From Octopus bimaculoides (Eukaryota), in assembly GCF_001194135.2 (NCBI RefSeq), contig NC_068981.1, positions 170,918,546 through 170,971,718 on the forward strand: a stretch of 53,173 nucleotides of DNA, read 5' to 3'. Positions 13,328 to 27,259 of this stretch are shown here, piece after piece. How positions within the stretch are numbered: the first letter of the stretch is position 1; every line of letters begins with the position of its first letter. Under the pieces are notes generated by a model. It had not been told where the DNA came from, did no database searches, and saw nothing but the letters and a program-made list of their open reading frames with translations. The translations under genes and the position numbers were made by a program.

Positions 13328-13450
13328 TAGAGAGAGAGAGGAAGAGAGAGAGGCAAAGAGAAAAGCAAAGAGGGAGACATAGATGTACCTATACAAATAT
13401 CTATGTATATCTAAATAAATGTATATTTGTGTGTGTGTGTGTGTGTGTGT
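13122..13450. repeat. Compound (CA)/(TA)/(GA)/(TG) microsatellite containing a ~28-bp tandem duplication (atatatgtatataaagatagatacatgt x2)
   Basis: Direct reading. Confidence 0.9.
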
Positions 13451-13649
13451 ACAAATGTGGATATGCATTTGTGTTTATATCAGCAATTTATTAACGATAA
13501 AAGTGCAAATACTTAGAAACATGTTCATTTGAAAAACCATCACATATACCAATATTTACACACACAAACATGCGCGCACAACGTTCGGGCTGAACTTCAT
13601 AATTTGCATCAAAAGAAGAGAAAACAAAAAGAATATATTATGGTTGGGA

Positions 13650-14430
13650 TATAAGAGTTTACCTAAACTAAACATTCTCAGCTCCCACCACTGCTGCGAG
13701 AAGCCACCGTAACTAGGCGCATGCGTTCTTCACTCACCGTCTTCTTGATCACATCTTCGAATGCCTCCTTGATACTAGCCTCGATCTTGGACTTCGAGTA
13801 ACAGGCTAAACCAATAGTGTCTTTCCCAACCGCGAACTACACATAGTAATCCATGGTATTACAATAGGGATAATTAAGAGGTCAGAAATTGTGGCTGGTG
13901 AAGTTATATAAATTCTCCGGCAGCCACTTCTAACTCATTTTGAGAAGTATGACAAGGAGCCAAATCCTACTATCACTCATACGGCCTATCAGCTGCAACC
14001 CTCTCCAAGCAGTGCCTGACCACACATTCTCCACAGCATATTCGTAGTCAGAAACACACACAGATATATATTTATTTAAATATATATGTATATATTTACA
14101 TATGTATACATAGCCATCTGAATCGAGTCAAAAACCCTGGTTCAACAGTGGTTGGACGAATCATGACCTACAGATGTCGTCAAAACGCTTGCTGCGTCCC
14201 TTCTGTTAGCCTCGACTTCGCAGATTCGTTGCGGGCTGTCCATATAACGCATTGCAAGAGTATTTAGTGTTCACAAAGCATTGAGCAGCAGTACTGATAT
14301 CGGCATTTTGATACCCGGTGCGAATCATCATGATAAAGTTCTTTCCACTATTCAGATGACTTCCGGTTTTCAATGTAAGGTAACTTTTTTCCACTACAAC
14401 TTTAATCTTTAGGCTCTGTAAAGTAGGTGA
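13650..14430 (-). mobile_element. Degenerate Tc1/mariner (DD37D/maT-like) transposon with an internal deletion
   Basis: Minus strand N-terminal relic FIMMIRTGYQNADISTAAQC.VNT (14370-14270). C-terminal relic KWLPENLYNFTSHNF*PLNYPYCNTMDYYV*FAVGKDT...IKEAFE matches the 'W...NF.DF...N.WPPNSPDCNPMDYYVW' catalytic region. Confidence 0.8.
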
Positions 14431-14520
14431 CTGTTCATCAATGCATCAACTATTCAGGAAGAAAGGAAGAAATGAGACATAAATCATCAACTTTCACTCG
14501 GAAAACCAATATATATATAT

Positions 14521-14574
<54 letters not shown>

Positions 14575-14843
14575 TACATATAGGCATGAAATTACGTTTG
14601 ACGCTCTGGGCAATTAAGGATGAAGGATTTGTGATCAGTGATTTTATTCTCCGTTCGTCTGTGCGTTCAGTGCATCTTTTCGTCGTCTTGTTTAATACCA
14701 TAAGTGTTTGACTTCTGAAAATATCCGCATAACGCAAGGCACGTCTTATTTTCACAAACACACGCACACACAAATACACACACACACACACACACGCACA
14801 CACACACACACACATATACACACTCTAAACATTTACAGTATAT

Positions 14844-14960
14844 CCCAGGTTCAGTTCCAGTGCGTGGCACCTTGGGCAAGTGTCTTCTACTATAGCTTCG
14901 GGTCAACAAAGCCTTGTGAGTGGATTTGGTAGACGGAAGCTGAAAAAAGCCCATCGTATA
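14844..14960 (+). mobile_element. Octopus tRNA-derived SINE (family A, CORE-like centre), 5'-truncated
   Basis: B-box-like ggttcagttcc, then gcgtggcaccttgggcaagtgtcttctactatagc...gccttgtgagtggatttggtagacggaagctgaaa, running into (TG)n. Near-identical to 25303-25470. Confidence 0.88.
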
Positions 14961-14961
14961 C

Positions 14962-15000
14962 ATGTGTGTGTGTGTGTGTGTGTGTGTNNNNNNNNNNGTA

Positions 15001-15051
<51 letters not shown>

Positions 15052-15277
15052 GCGCGCGTACCCATGTATATTTGTACATATTCAACATAGCTGAGCTAGC
15101 AGATACGTCAGAATTCTTTGCGGCATTTTGTCAGTTATCACATTCTGAGTTCAGATAATACCACTGTATATGTATGTATATATGTATGTATGTAAGTATG
15201 TATGTATCTATGTGTGTGTGTATGTTGTGTGTGTATGTGCGTATGTGTGTATGTGTGTGTGCAAGTGTGAGTGTGTG

Positions 15278-15333
<56 letters not shown>
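14962..15333. repeat. (TG)n/(TATG)n microsatellite blocks
   Basis: Direct reading; includes an N gap. Confidence 0.85.
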
Positions 15334-15334
<1 letters not shown>

Positions 15335-15369
15335 ATATATGTCTGATGATCTATTTTCTCCAGCCTCAC

Positions 15370-16240
15370 GGCTACGTGCCACGCTGCTATTCCATCCTCC
15401 TCGATTTCGTCATGTATTTTGCATGGTCTCGCTCTAATTTCGTTCGTTTACTTTCATCAATCAATTTCGATGTTACAACCGAGACCTCTTGTTCTTACTG
15501 AGAGCTTCTGCTTCTACCAATTATTGTGGTAGCAGTCCCACTGATTGCTTTCTGGAAATTCTCCCATTTTTCATCGCGGTCAATATCATCTTTTAAAGAT
15601 GTGAATCTGCTTTAAGTTCGATGTAGTATTTTTCAGTTACATATGACTTTTAGTTTTGCAATATCGAAAGGGACTCGATGTTGACCTTTCTGGAAGTTAC
15701 TTTTTAAATTTTGTTTCTTCTCTGTCATTTAGTGGAGGATGGTTAAAACCGCAATCTGCCCTTCAAAACTACGCACATTCTTAACATTCATAACTCCGAA
15801 GAGTTCCACGTATTTTTTTAAATATCTATTTTAAATAGAGAGTTTCTTCAAGCTGCAAAAGAATGTGAACATTTCTCTATTACTGTCAAAATCACTTCCT
15901 CTCCACCTCGTTTCATACAATCCCAGTGTGTCCAGGTTGTGTCTTGTCATTTCTTTAGCGACTTCGGCTAGCTTTCCGCTTTGATATCAAGTGTGGATAT
16001 TTCAAGTGGCGATGTTTCTGGTTAATTTGGTATGGAAAACGTTGATAGTCAGGATTCGGATGTCCTTTCGCCATTGATCCTGGTCTGTCATAGTAAATCC
16101 GTGTTGAATTTGTCCCTCCCTTTCATGGCAGTTTTCTTCACGATTTGGAAATTTCATCATAGTCTCTGTGGTGACTATTTTCTTAAGAATCGGGTCCCAG
16201 TCCTATGCCCAACCTTCCTCTTTTCTCAACGTGGTTTAGG
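15370..16240 (-). mobile_element. RTE-clade LINE 5' region: AP-endonuclease N-terminus and linker, decayed and internally deleted
   Basis: Minus translation NIAT*NIHT*YQSGKLAEVAKEMTRHNLDTLGLYETRWRGS (APE motif I: WN...E...LGL.ETRW.G), then DH.PL and DEKWENFQKAI...IIG. Confidence 0.82.
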
Positions 16241-16708
16241 ACAGGCTATGTATGCAGTTACATAAATGTAGCTCTTTTTATAAAGGACACAATCCAAATG
16301 CTTTTTCTGTGCGTAGAGGATACAAAACTAGAACATTTCGTAAAATTTCATTATCATATATTTGTACGTTGTAAAGGCCACTTAATGCAAGATATTTCTT
16401 TTTTAAAATAGAAATTATTAACTTAAGTAGCATGCTACAGAATCCTAAAATCAGCACAATCAGTTATTATTCGTTCCTTCATCGTTTGCCTTTAGCAGAG
16501 TTCGAGACAAATGTATGGCAATAACCTATTCTTTATTAATACCACATCTAATGCTTTCGAAGAAGCTTGTCGGATTTTATTATTTCCAAAACTTTCAACA
16601 TATATAATTGTAACATAGTACCGACAACTACCCATTAGGATTTTGTTGTTTTTATATTATACTTCCATAAACATGTATGTATGTATGTATGTATGTATGT
16701 ATGTATGT

Positions 16709-17318
16709 AGTGAAAGCGTTCAAGGGTCGCACGTAAGGGTCCTTGAACGCTTGCATCAGAGATGTCTCAGACACATTCTGGATGTAGGCTGGACCTTGAA
16801 GACTCCAGACACACACATCATGAGGACAGCTGATATCTTGAGTATTGAGGCGATGGTACACAGGCACCGGTTCCGTTGGACTGGACACCTTATTAGCATG
16901 AAGGACAGCAGGATCCCTAACCGGATGCTATATAGGGAACTTGTGAAAGGAAAGAGACCCCAACAAAAAGCAAGGCTGCGATTTAAGGACTGTGTCAAGT
17001 CCTCATTAAAGGCCTGTGATATGCAGGAGACTGACTGGAAGAGTAATGCCTGTCATCGCCAAAAATGGAGGAAGCAGGTTAAGGAGGGGTCGATACTTTT
17101 GAGAAAGCACGTATTCTGCATGAAGAACTTAAGTATGCCGCTCGAAAGGGTACTGCTGGTGTAGTGAATGAGGAAAGCTTTGTTTGCAATGTTTGCAGTC
17201 GCGTATGCTTGTCAAGATCAGGTCTCATTAGCCACCAACGGAACCGCAAATGCAAAATATTAGTCCTAGAGCGCAATGATCAGCAATGATCTTCCTCGGT
17301 CACGAGTGGACGGCCATT
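16709..17318 (+). mobile_element. 5'-truncated RTE-clade LINE with an intact 3' end and (TATG)n tail
   Basis: LERLHQRCLRHIL...SIEAMVHRHRFRWTGHLISMKDSRIPNRMLYRELVKGKRPQQKARLRFKDCVKSSLK, a C-terminal CCHH finger FVCNVCSRVCLSRSGLISHQR, and a microsatellite tail. Confidence 0.93.
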
Positions 17319-17637
17319 ATGTATGTATATATGTATGTATTATGTATGTACGTATGTATGTATGTATGTGTGTATGTGTGTATGTATGTATGTATGTATG
17401 TATGCATGTATGCATGTGTGTATGTATGTATGTATGTATGCATGTATATGTATACATACATTTATGGAAATACAATATCAATGATTCAATGTTCTTTCCC
17501 AAAAATGGCAATCAAAGCTTGGTTGTACAATACTTTTATCATACTGCAGGCAGTTCTCTATATTTGGTAATAGCGAAACGGTTAATTCAATAGTAGAAAT
17601 GGTTTATATTATGAATTATATCACAGTAATATTATAA

Positions 17638-17678
<41 letters not shown>

Positions 17679-17725
17679 TGTGTGTTTGTGTGTGTGTGTG
17701 TGTCTGTGTCCGTGTGTCTGTGTGT
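17318..17725. repeat. (TATG)n tail (17318-17455) and (TG)n tract (17638-17725)
   Basis: Direct reading. Confidence 0.9.
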
Positions 17726-19425
17726 ATAATTAACCTTATCATGAACTATACATGCAAATCACTATTACAAACAGCATTAGAACATGTTCTTTCGTTATAG
17801 AATTGTCTCTAGTAGTACCGAAGAATTGCTTTCTAGCAGTGGCCAAAATGATTCGTTAGTTTAATAATCGGGAACTAGTTTGTGCCGCAATCACACAATA
17901 TTATTCACTAGCTCAAATACATCAGACTTTTAAGATTCTGAATTCGATTTCTCTTCAGTAAATACTTAATGTCTTTCTTTTATGCTTTCATATTTCTTTC
18001 ATGTTATATCTATAGTTTCATGAAAAAGAATGTTCATATATTATCGATCCGTTATAAAGATAAAATTTCATGTAGACTTGCATAAAGGCACAACAATAAT
18101 CTTGTTTGCCACAATTCAATCACTAAATCCTCAGACTGGCAAACGAAAACATATTTAGAAACTATAATTTTAATAATTCCGTATTTAAATTTACGGTTTT
18201 AAAATATCTTTCATTATATCAGTGCTGATCACTATAAGGCAGTTACTTTTGGTATCAACTCGCATGCCCAGATTCAGTATTTCAGCACTTTTTCTATCTG
18301 GTCAATTAAGATGAAATATACTTTAGAGTATCTGAACTATTGAAGATGAAATATACTGTTAATATGCAATGCCTAAATGTTGGCTTTAGTTACCAAAGAC
18401 TGAACAACCATAAACGATGGTCAATAATGAAATATGATAGACTTTTTATTCCCCGTTTTAGATTGATGAAACATACACGCAGAAAGCCAAAACATATAGA
18501 GATCTCTGATATTTTACGTTCTATTGACTGAAAAGAAATTCTAAAGTAAAGATTACTAGAAGACTATACTAATAAATGCATATACACAGACACACTTATT
18601 CACATATATACAGACGTGTATATATGAAAATATTTTCATCCCTATATATAAACGCCCAACTAATGCGTCTATATATAAATGCCCAAGTGATACGATCGTA
18701 GTGAAGTATATGTGTAGGTATGTATATATACACACACACCATATGCGTAAGTATACATACACACATATATATATATAAATAAACAAACATACATACACAC
18801 AAACACATGCACATACAATATATATATATATATTTACATACATATCAGTATGTATGTATATATATATGTGTGTGTGTGTGTGTATGTGTGTGTGTGTACA
18901 TATGTATATATATATATTACATGGGTGTGGGCTTATATGTGTGTGTGTCTACTAAGCGCATTCGAGGTCCTAATGAAACGCGAAACACATATCACTCTAA
19001 GCTATCTGCTTTCGTGATTTTGTAGATTTGAAATTACCAACGAACAACATTTATAAAATTAGAAGATATTATATAGTTAGTGTTTCTCATGTAATTAAAA
19101 TTACAAATTCGGCAACGTTGTGAAAATCGTGACTATTTTCTCCATTACTGATATGAACCGAGTATTTTCAATTGGTCGACTTTGCGTCTTATTTCTTTTA
19201 TTTTTATGTATATGTGTGGACTATTGTTATGTTGCAGGAGAGTATGTATGAGTGTAAATACGTTTGTTCGGGCGTACGTATTTCTGTATTGTTCACATTT
19301 ATATGTGATCGTTTATCTCGAATTAACACTGATGTATATCACCCACTGAAAGGAAAAGCATCTTCAGATATAAACAACTATATACAAATACGCGCGCGCA
19401 CACACCCATCTCTCCCTCTCTTTTT

Positions 19426-19426
19426 A

Positions 19427-19495
<69 letters not shown>

Positions 19496-19790
19496 NNNNN
19501 NNNNNNNNNNNNNNNNNNNNNNNNNNNNNNNNNNNNNNNNNNNNNNNNNNNNNNNNNNNNNNNNNNNNNNNNNNNNNNNNNNNNNNNNNNNNNNNNNNNN
19601 NNNNNNNNNNNNNNNNNNNNNNNNNNNNNNNNNNNNNNNNNNNNNNNNNNNNNNNNNNNNNNNNNNNNNNNNNNNNNNNNNNNNNNNNNNNNNNNNNNNN
19701 NNNNNNNNNNNNNNNNNNNNNNNNNNNNNNNNNNNNNNNNNNNNNNNNNNNNNNNTATATATATATCGGTATGTATATGTATATACATGT
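19426..19790. repeat. (TA)n microsatellite spanning an assembly gap
   Basis: Direct reading. Confidence 0.95.
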
Positions 19791-22145
19791 ATCCGTAGTT
19801 ACACACATACTTACACACACATTCATAAGCATGTATATATGTATAATTCTTGAGTGTACATTCTAATAATATGGTGTTTAATTGTACGTGTACAATGTTT
19901 GTTGATTTCACCCATGTTGAATTTAAATAACCAGCAATCGACTATTTTCCAATACACTTCATATTAAAATTTTATTCCTGAGTGGATAATTCAAATTATA
20001 CCATTTAATCACTCATTTAATGGTATTTCTTCCACTATTTACATTTTTTATATTTTTGCTTGTTGATATTAATCACTATTAATTTGAGAGGAATTTACAT
20101 GTGCACGCAGATATATAAACGCATATACACACATACCTTTATTTATAAATGCAGAGAAAGTCCACTCAAATACATACACATTGATATTATGTTGCCATAC
20201 GTACCACACCACTCTATCCAGAACTTTTTTTTTTATTTGTTTCATTTGATGAATTGAAAACATTTACAGAATCATCTTTATAAAGCATGTGGTAATTGTA
20301 TTGAGTGTCTAAAGAGATGGCAAACATGTTATTTCAAAACAACTCTTCAGAGATAAACCTGTTTTTCAGGAAATATCATTCCTCTTGAGATTTTCTACAA
20401 GTTGAAATGATATTTATTGTCCAACTTGTTATAATCTTTTTCATTTGAGTTAAATAATTGGTTTTAAAACAACTACACTAGCTATTTTATATGCACATAT
20501 GTTATTATGTGTGCATATTCTCATGTATTCCTACGTTCAATAAAATAATGCTGTAGATAATTTTATGAAAAACGGAAATTGCACTCAATGCATATTTATT
20601 TCCTTGTATAGGAGAATGTCATTATAGTTAAATTATATGGTCAATGTTGTTGAACGGCTATTGAGCTCACTGCAAATCATTTGTTTTGTTTTTAACTCTG
20701 TTGAAGCCGATTGTGTTATTTTACATAGCTAAACAACTTGTAAAATACAGCGGCTACCGTAACTTATTACTCTCTTTTTGTCTTTCCATCTTCAGATGGC
20801 TAAAATTCACTCTGGCGTGTAAACAGAGATTGCCGAGTTTAAATGGTGAATTAAAAACTTGGTTTATTTCGGAAACGTACAGCTGGTTGGATCTATAGGA
20901 AGGCATACAAAAAGTAACTGCATAAAGTGCATTCCCGTGTTATATACTGCGACCGAAACTGTAGATGCTTCTTTCTGGTCCATTCCACTTGCCTGCATAT
21001 ATCTAATGAGGTGGTCCCAACGAAATACAATAGGAATACAGAAAAGCATAATTCATATTTTCACTGGATGTGTGGTTAATTACATATCTCCATGTCAAGC
21101 TTCCTCATTGCCACAGTCCAATAATGATACCAGTGGAATGATATGGGCCTAAATATATTATTGTGAAAGAATCCGATAATTTTTTCTTCGAACAGCAGTG
21201 TAGTTGCCATAAAAGAAAACAAGTAGTTATAGTTGACTACTAATATTAGCCTTTTTCTCACTCTAGATTAGTTTTATTGGAACTGAAAAAAATTATTTGA
21301 CATAGAAATGTATCTCCGCCGAACTCCAACTAGGATCGGTGACTTGCAACTACAACATTAATGTATTGCTACCTCATTAAAGCTTTAGTCGGTTTACACT
21401 GGTATAGTGAGAGCTAGATGTAAATCTAGAAGACATCTAAATCATGACATGGTCAATTACTTTGTCAACTTCAGTAATTTGTGTCCCGATGTAAATATTT
21501 GGTGCAATTCCTGGGAACATGACTCACATCTATATCCCTTTGTTCCGTACTAATTATCTCCCATTTTGTGTTAAAGCTATGATTCATATCTTTATGGGGC
21601 AAGATTAGTCTGCTTAAGCTCGTGCTGTTCATTTTACACCTATGTCTAAATGAATTTAAATGATTTGCTTGACTTCTTTTGAAATTTAGTGAGCTAGCTC
21701 CTATATAGAATTACGTCCTCCCCTCAGAAATTATCATGCATCGGTACACTAGGTTTATAATATATATTATATCAATTTACTTTTATATTTATGAACAAGA
21801 TATTTCTCTTAAATTATCTGCAATTTTGAGGATCCAAATTGAATTGTGTAGCTTTTCAACAGTTAAATATGTGACAAAGATGAAATAAAATCTTCTGCAA
21901 TGAAAGATGCAACTGCATTACTGAAATAAAATGAAATAAAATCTGAAATGAAAGCTACAACTGTATTATTGATCACATCGGAAGAATACATTTCCTTCTG
22001 CACTCCTGACAAAGTTGAGCTGAGTTATGACCAAAGGGGTTTTACCGCTACAAATCCCGGCAGTTTTCAAACATTGTATCCAGGAATACCTTGTCAAATA
22101 TTCCTTTCATTGTCTTTATCCTAGTAGGTTGTGCTTTATAGGGGA

Positions 22146-23431
22146 CTAGCAGAAATACCCGGCTTTGCCCCGGTTAAAGAGAATAATGAAATATAAAAAC
22201 GCCGTCTAGACTATGCAACCCTCAACTGTTAGTAGCTACGATACCATATTTCTACATTAATAACTCTCCAATCCATGCCAGCATGGAACATAGACATTAA
22301 GTGGAATGCCAGTCTCTCATCCAGGAGGGCCTTGAAATCAATATTACCAACTGGGGACTATGTGTGCCGTAGTGATAATAAAAAGACCCAAAGGAGGTCT
22401 GCAACGAAATAATTTTACTCAACACTTTGCAAGTGAATCAGTGGAGGCAAATATGCGTCTCATTTACTTGACAATTTATGCACCACATTGCAGAAATCAC
22501 AATGTAAGTATATCTGAAAGGGTAGTCTTACACTGTTGTACCGTTGAATTACAAATAATGCTCATCTGTTATGTTCGGGTTAAAATTTCATGAACNNNNN
22601 NNNNNNNNNNNNNNNNNNNNNNNNNNNNNNNNNNNNNNNNNNNNNNNNNNNNNNNNNNNNNNNNNNNNNNNNNNNNNNNNNNNNNNNNNNNNNNNNNNNN
22701 NNNNNNNNNNNNNNNNNNNNNNNNNNNNNNNNNNNNNNNNNNNNNNNNNNNNNNNNNNNNNNNNNNNNNNNNNNNNNNNNNNNNNNNNNNNNNNNNNNNN
22801 NNNNNNNNNNNNNNNNNNNNNNNNNNNNNNNNNNNNNNNNNNNNNNNNNNNNNNNNNNNNNNNNNNNNNNNNNNNNNNNNNNNNNNNNNNNNNNNNNNNN
22901 NNNNNNNNNNNNNNNNNNNNNNNNNNNNNNNNNNNNNNNNNNNNNNNNNNNNNNNNNNNNNNNNNNNNNNNNNNNNNNNNNNNNNNNNNNNNNNNNNNNN
23001 NNNNNNNNNNNNNNNNNNNNNNNNNNNNNNNNNNNNNNNNNNNNNNNNNNNNNNNNNNNNNNNNNNNNNNNNNNNNNNNNNNNNNNNNNNNNNNNNNNNN
23101 NNNNNNNNNNNNNNNNNNNNNNNNNNNNNNNNNNNNNNNNNNNNNNNNNNNNNNNNNNNNNNNNNNNNNNNNNNNNNNNNNNNNNNNNNNNNNNGTTTCA
23201 GTTAGTAGAATAGTTTCATTTTTAAAGTGAAAGTATTTGACATGAGTGTTTTTGTTTCACTTTTGACACTTAATACTTAAATAGTGGAGGAGATATTATG
23301 TTGCCGTGGGCTCGAACTCCGCAAGAAGTTAATATTTTTTTTCTGACTAAAACACAACTGGAACCCTAAGTAAGGCATCTGTAAAATTTGAATGAAATTG
23401 GTTGCGTAGTTCTCGAGTTTTAGGGATTCAC

Positions 23432-23462
<31 letters not shown>

Positions 23463-23492
23463 CACACACATTCTCATTTTTATATATATAGA
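22146..23492 (-). mobile_element. Non-autonomous Helitron, both termini intact, interior partly N gap
   Basis: Minus strand 5' end A|TCTATATATATAAAAATGAGAATGTGTGTGTGTCTGTCTG... (23492). 3' end hairpin CCGGGCAAAGCCGGG + TATTTCTG + CTAG|T (22146). Inserted between A and T with no TSD, as established for Helitrons. Confidence 0.88.
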
Positions 23493-25302
23493 TTAATTTT
23501 CTGTTTCAAGCACAACGCGGGATCACTTTAACGTTCGTATTGACTGAGCGATCACTATGGATGGTGATAGTGTAGATAATAAAGTTTACCTATTGTTACG
23601 ATTACTTAGATAGAAATGGAGAATTTACTGATGTTATTTCAGACACGAGTTAACCTTCCATTGACATTTTACCAGCAAGCATAAATTAGGATGTCAGAAT
23701 TATGAAATATTTATAATTAAACAAACTACTGTTGGTTTTCTATCTCAAACTTCGTAACTATCTTGAATAACCTGTAAAGAAAATCATGCTTTTTTCACAC
23801 ACAGTAAATTACACATCATATACTAACAAAAGATTGTTTCTTCCAGAAAATATTTGGAAAGCAAAAAATTTATATAAATTTATATACTTTTTTTAATTTC
23901 CATATTTTTAATCTTATATATTTTTACTTCTTTTAAAAAAAGCTCTTACAGAATAAAACTTTCTCTTTTTTTTTTTTTTTTTTTTTTGCTAGAATGCCAA
24001 CAGTAGTCTCTTGTTTCTTAATAAATTTTACCCTAAGGAAAACTACACTAGATTTTAAACCCACATGTTCTGCATGAAAAAGTGTTTAATTCTACAAGTA
24101 GCAAGCATGGTTATTCTCACCATCAACATAATCGTCATCGTCATAATCATGATTTTTACTCACATGAGTATTATCATCGCTATTGTCAGTACAAAAATCA
24201 AAGACGCCACTTACCAAAGTTATCGTGAATGTGAAAACAAATTGCACTACATTTTAAAATATTTTTTATAAGCTGTCAGGAACTGTGGCAGCAGCAATGT
24301 TAGCTGTTAAAGAAATTAAGTTCACCTTTCATTTTGAAGAAAAATTAAACAAAATATCTTTTGTGTGATTTTAATCATATTTTTCTCTCTTGTAAAGAAT
24401 CTACCTAGGAAAATAACAAATATATTTTTAGACTAAATCATCTTTTTATAGTAAATCAAATGAAACCAAAGCAAATACAAATTACTCGTTTTAATTATAG
24501 CACAGCAAACTTATAAAAAAATAGGCTAAGATTAAAAGTTATGTCATTTAAACTTTCAAAACAAAAAAATTCCTAAAATAGAATGTTTTTCATTATAAAG
24601 AAATATAATGAACGTTTTAAATAATTTGTATTCAATTTCTATGTATAGTTTCTTTTCCGATCGAAATCTATAACCTTCCAGTAAAGTAGGAGAACAGGAG
24701 ATGACAGCAGTCATGCTTATCTGAAGTGCAGGGGAAGTGAAACTAGTACACTGTATAAATGAGCTTACAGTAACTTCATCGTGGTATATAACATATGTTA
24801 AATGCAAACAAATATTGCATCAGTATGTTAACACCGTTGAGTTCACATCCGGCAGAAACCGGCCATGCATTTCATCGTTCTGGAGTCTATAAAATAAGCT
24901 TCACATATGTAATGGAGTCGATATAATCTATTATACTCCTCCATTACATGTGAGGTTTCGTACCTATGTTAGAAACCATTATCTTAATGTAGTTAGGACG
25001 TTACATTGGCAGAATTTTGTTAAGTTACGAATATTTGAAGACTGTACTAATGTTAGAAATCGAAGTATGAATATAGTTAACAGAAACAGTAGAACATTTA
25101 ATATTATGTTTCTAACTTTTATATCTGTTTATTTAACAAGTATTACAAAATTAGCAATAACGTAGGTATTCATTGAAATGAATGATTGATACCATAATTC
25201 TCTATATATATATATGTCTGTGCATTTGTGTGTATGAATGTGAGCGTGTATATATGAGTAATTTATATTACATACATATCTATAACATATATATATATAT
25301 AT

Positions 25303-25470
25303 GTAGGTGCAGGAGTGGCTGTGTGGTAAGAAGCTTGCTTTCCAACCGCACGGTTCCGGTTTCAGTCCCTCTGCGTGGTACATTGGGCAAGTGTCTTCTA
25401 CTATAGCCTCGGGCCGACCAAAGCCTTGTGAGTGGATTTGGAAGGCGGAAACTGAAAGAAGACTGTCGTA
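25303..25470 (+). mobile_element. Octopus tRNA-derived SINE (family A) with a complete head
   Basis: A box tggctgtgtggtaag, B box ggtttcagtcc, CORE-like ttgggcaagtgtcttctactatagcctcgggccgaccaaagccttgtgagtggatttgg. Confidence 0.9.
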
Positions 25471-25559
25471 TACATATATATTTAACTTTCTTTCACTCAT
25501 GCTTTCTCCACTTTGGTGGAGTGTGTTGCCGGGTAAATCATCCCAACAGGTTAAGGACA

Positions 25560-26080
25560 ATTACTGTCCAAGCATTTTCCATTCTTTCCGCTGAACATTC
25601 AAATTTTGGCTAAATTCTTGCAAGTATACTACTCGAGACTGGGTTGATACTTCACCTGTGCTGCACATCCGTAGCTTACTCCTCTCTGCGGAGCTCTTCA
25701 TTGATGTCCTTTTTACAGACAAATTTGATACATATTGGGAATGAAGTACAACTGAAGCAGGCCACCTCGAATTAGTAGGTCGCCATGGGTTTTTTAATTC
25801 ACTGAATGTAGTTCTTTTCACTCACCACAATGATATAAATCTAATAATGAACTAATTAGGGTAAACATTAACTCAATAGTATAGACATCATTAAAGTTGT
25901 CTTGGGACTGACTTGTGGTAGCGTTCTGAATGGATGGATTAGAATTTATTTTGCAACAAGAGGTATGTGTCTTCCGCTCAAATACACATCCTAACAGCAT
26001 TCATTACGGAAGCGAGTAAGTTCTTCAAATACAGCAAAGTGCTTGTGGTATATATTTATTCTTTGCTTGTGACATTCGAA
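25560..26080 (-). mobile_element. Possible very old RTE-like 3' fragment
   Basis: Broken motifs TLLY..., FSELK..RPT and KFVCKKDI resemble 'LYSEL..G.RP.GRP..RFKDVCKRD'. Confidence 0.3.
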
Positions 26081-27039
26081 ACATCAGGAGACTCCAGTGG
26101 CTTACAACATAGTCTTGATCATTGATGGTGTGCTATCTCATTTAATTATTATGTATTATTCGTGACGGTGCATGCTCGTTCATATTCCTCAAGACCGATA
26201 TTACCTGTGGTAACACTATAGATATCTTGGGTTGCCTTAAAATACAATGGGAGGTGGGGAAATAACTATTTCTTTTTGAACAGTGAGTGTTAATTTGCTT
26301 TTTAGAGTCATTTTGATAGATGCGGTATTTTCCTTTAGAAATAATGAATCTTATTTAATAAACTCATCAAATTTCTAGATAGGTTAATAATCGATCAAAA
26401 GAATGCGAAATATATTGTGAGAAATTTATTGTCGACGAGAGAAAAATTAAAATCGTGATGAAACACCAAAACCTTAAAGTAAATATGTGTTCGATAAAAT
26501 ACATGAAACAAAAAGCTTTACAATAAAAATTGTCATATTTCTAAATTCACATAGTGCTTTATTATTTAAGTTTTTCTTTTTACTTTTATTTCAAAGGAAC
26601 TTTCTTTCTTCTAAAATATATTTCAGTTTTCATTTATGTTTTTGATATTATTGTTGCTGATTTACCTCAGATCGCCTCTGACTGAACACAAAATGTCAAC
26701 TCCATTTCAGCCATAACATCAAGTTGTTGTTTTCAGAAGCCAGAAGCAGTTTGTATTCACAACTAAGTATGACCTCTTCTCTATCCGACAATTACTTTTA
26801 CAGAATCGGGTATTCTGGTGGCACTAAGTGAGCATCACACACGCACCACCAAAGATCGTAAATATACTTCAATATGATCTTAAAGCATTGTGATATAATC
26901 TGGCCTTAATTTGATTCTGGAGCCTATATTATACGCTCAGAAACAAGGACTAAATTAGGTTGAAGTTGTATTATATATAGAAATAACCTGAAATTCAAAC
27001 CTTCATATTTATAGACACATGCACAACCACAAATAAGCA

Positions 27040-27177
27040 CAGACACACATACACGCACATACACACACACGCTCACACTCACATACATACACACATAGAC
27101 ATACACATATATGTTTATAATTATATGTATACAAATATATATATATATGCATATTCACACACACACACATAGACATA

Positions 27178-27258
<81 letters not shown>
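27040..27258. repeat. (CA)n/(TA)n microsatellite block
   Basis: Direct reading. Confidence 0.9.

Positions 27259-27259
<1 letters not shown>

Noticed and set aside
14590-14755. Minus-strand peptide KIRRALRYADIFRSQTLMVLNKTTKRCTERTDERR
   Set aside because: It has only a vague resemblance to RTE C-termini, too weak to call, and no splice support.
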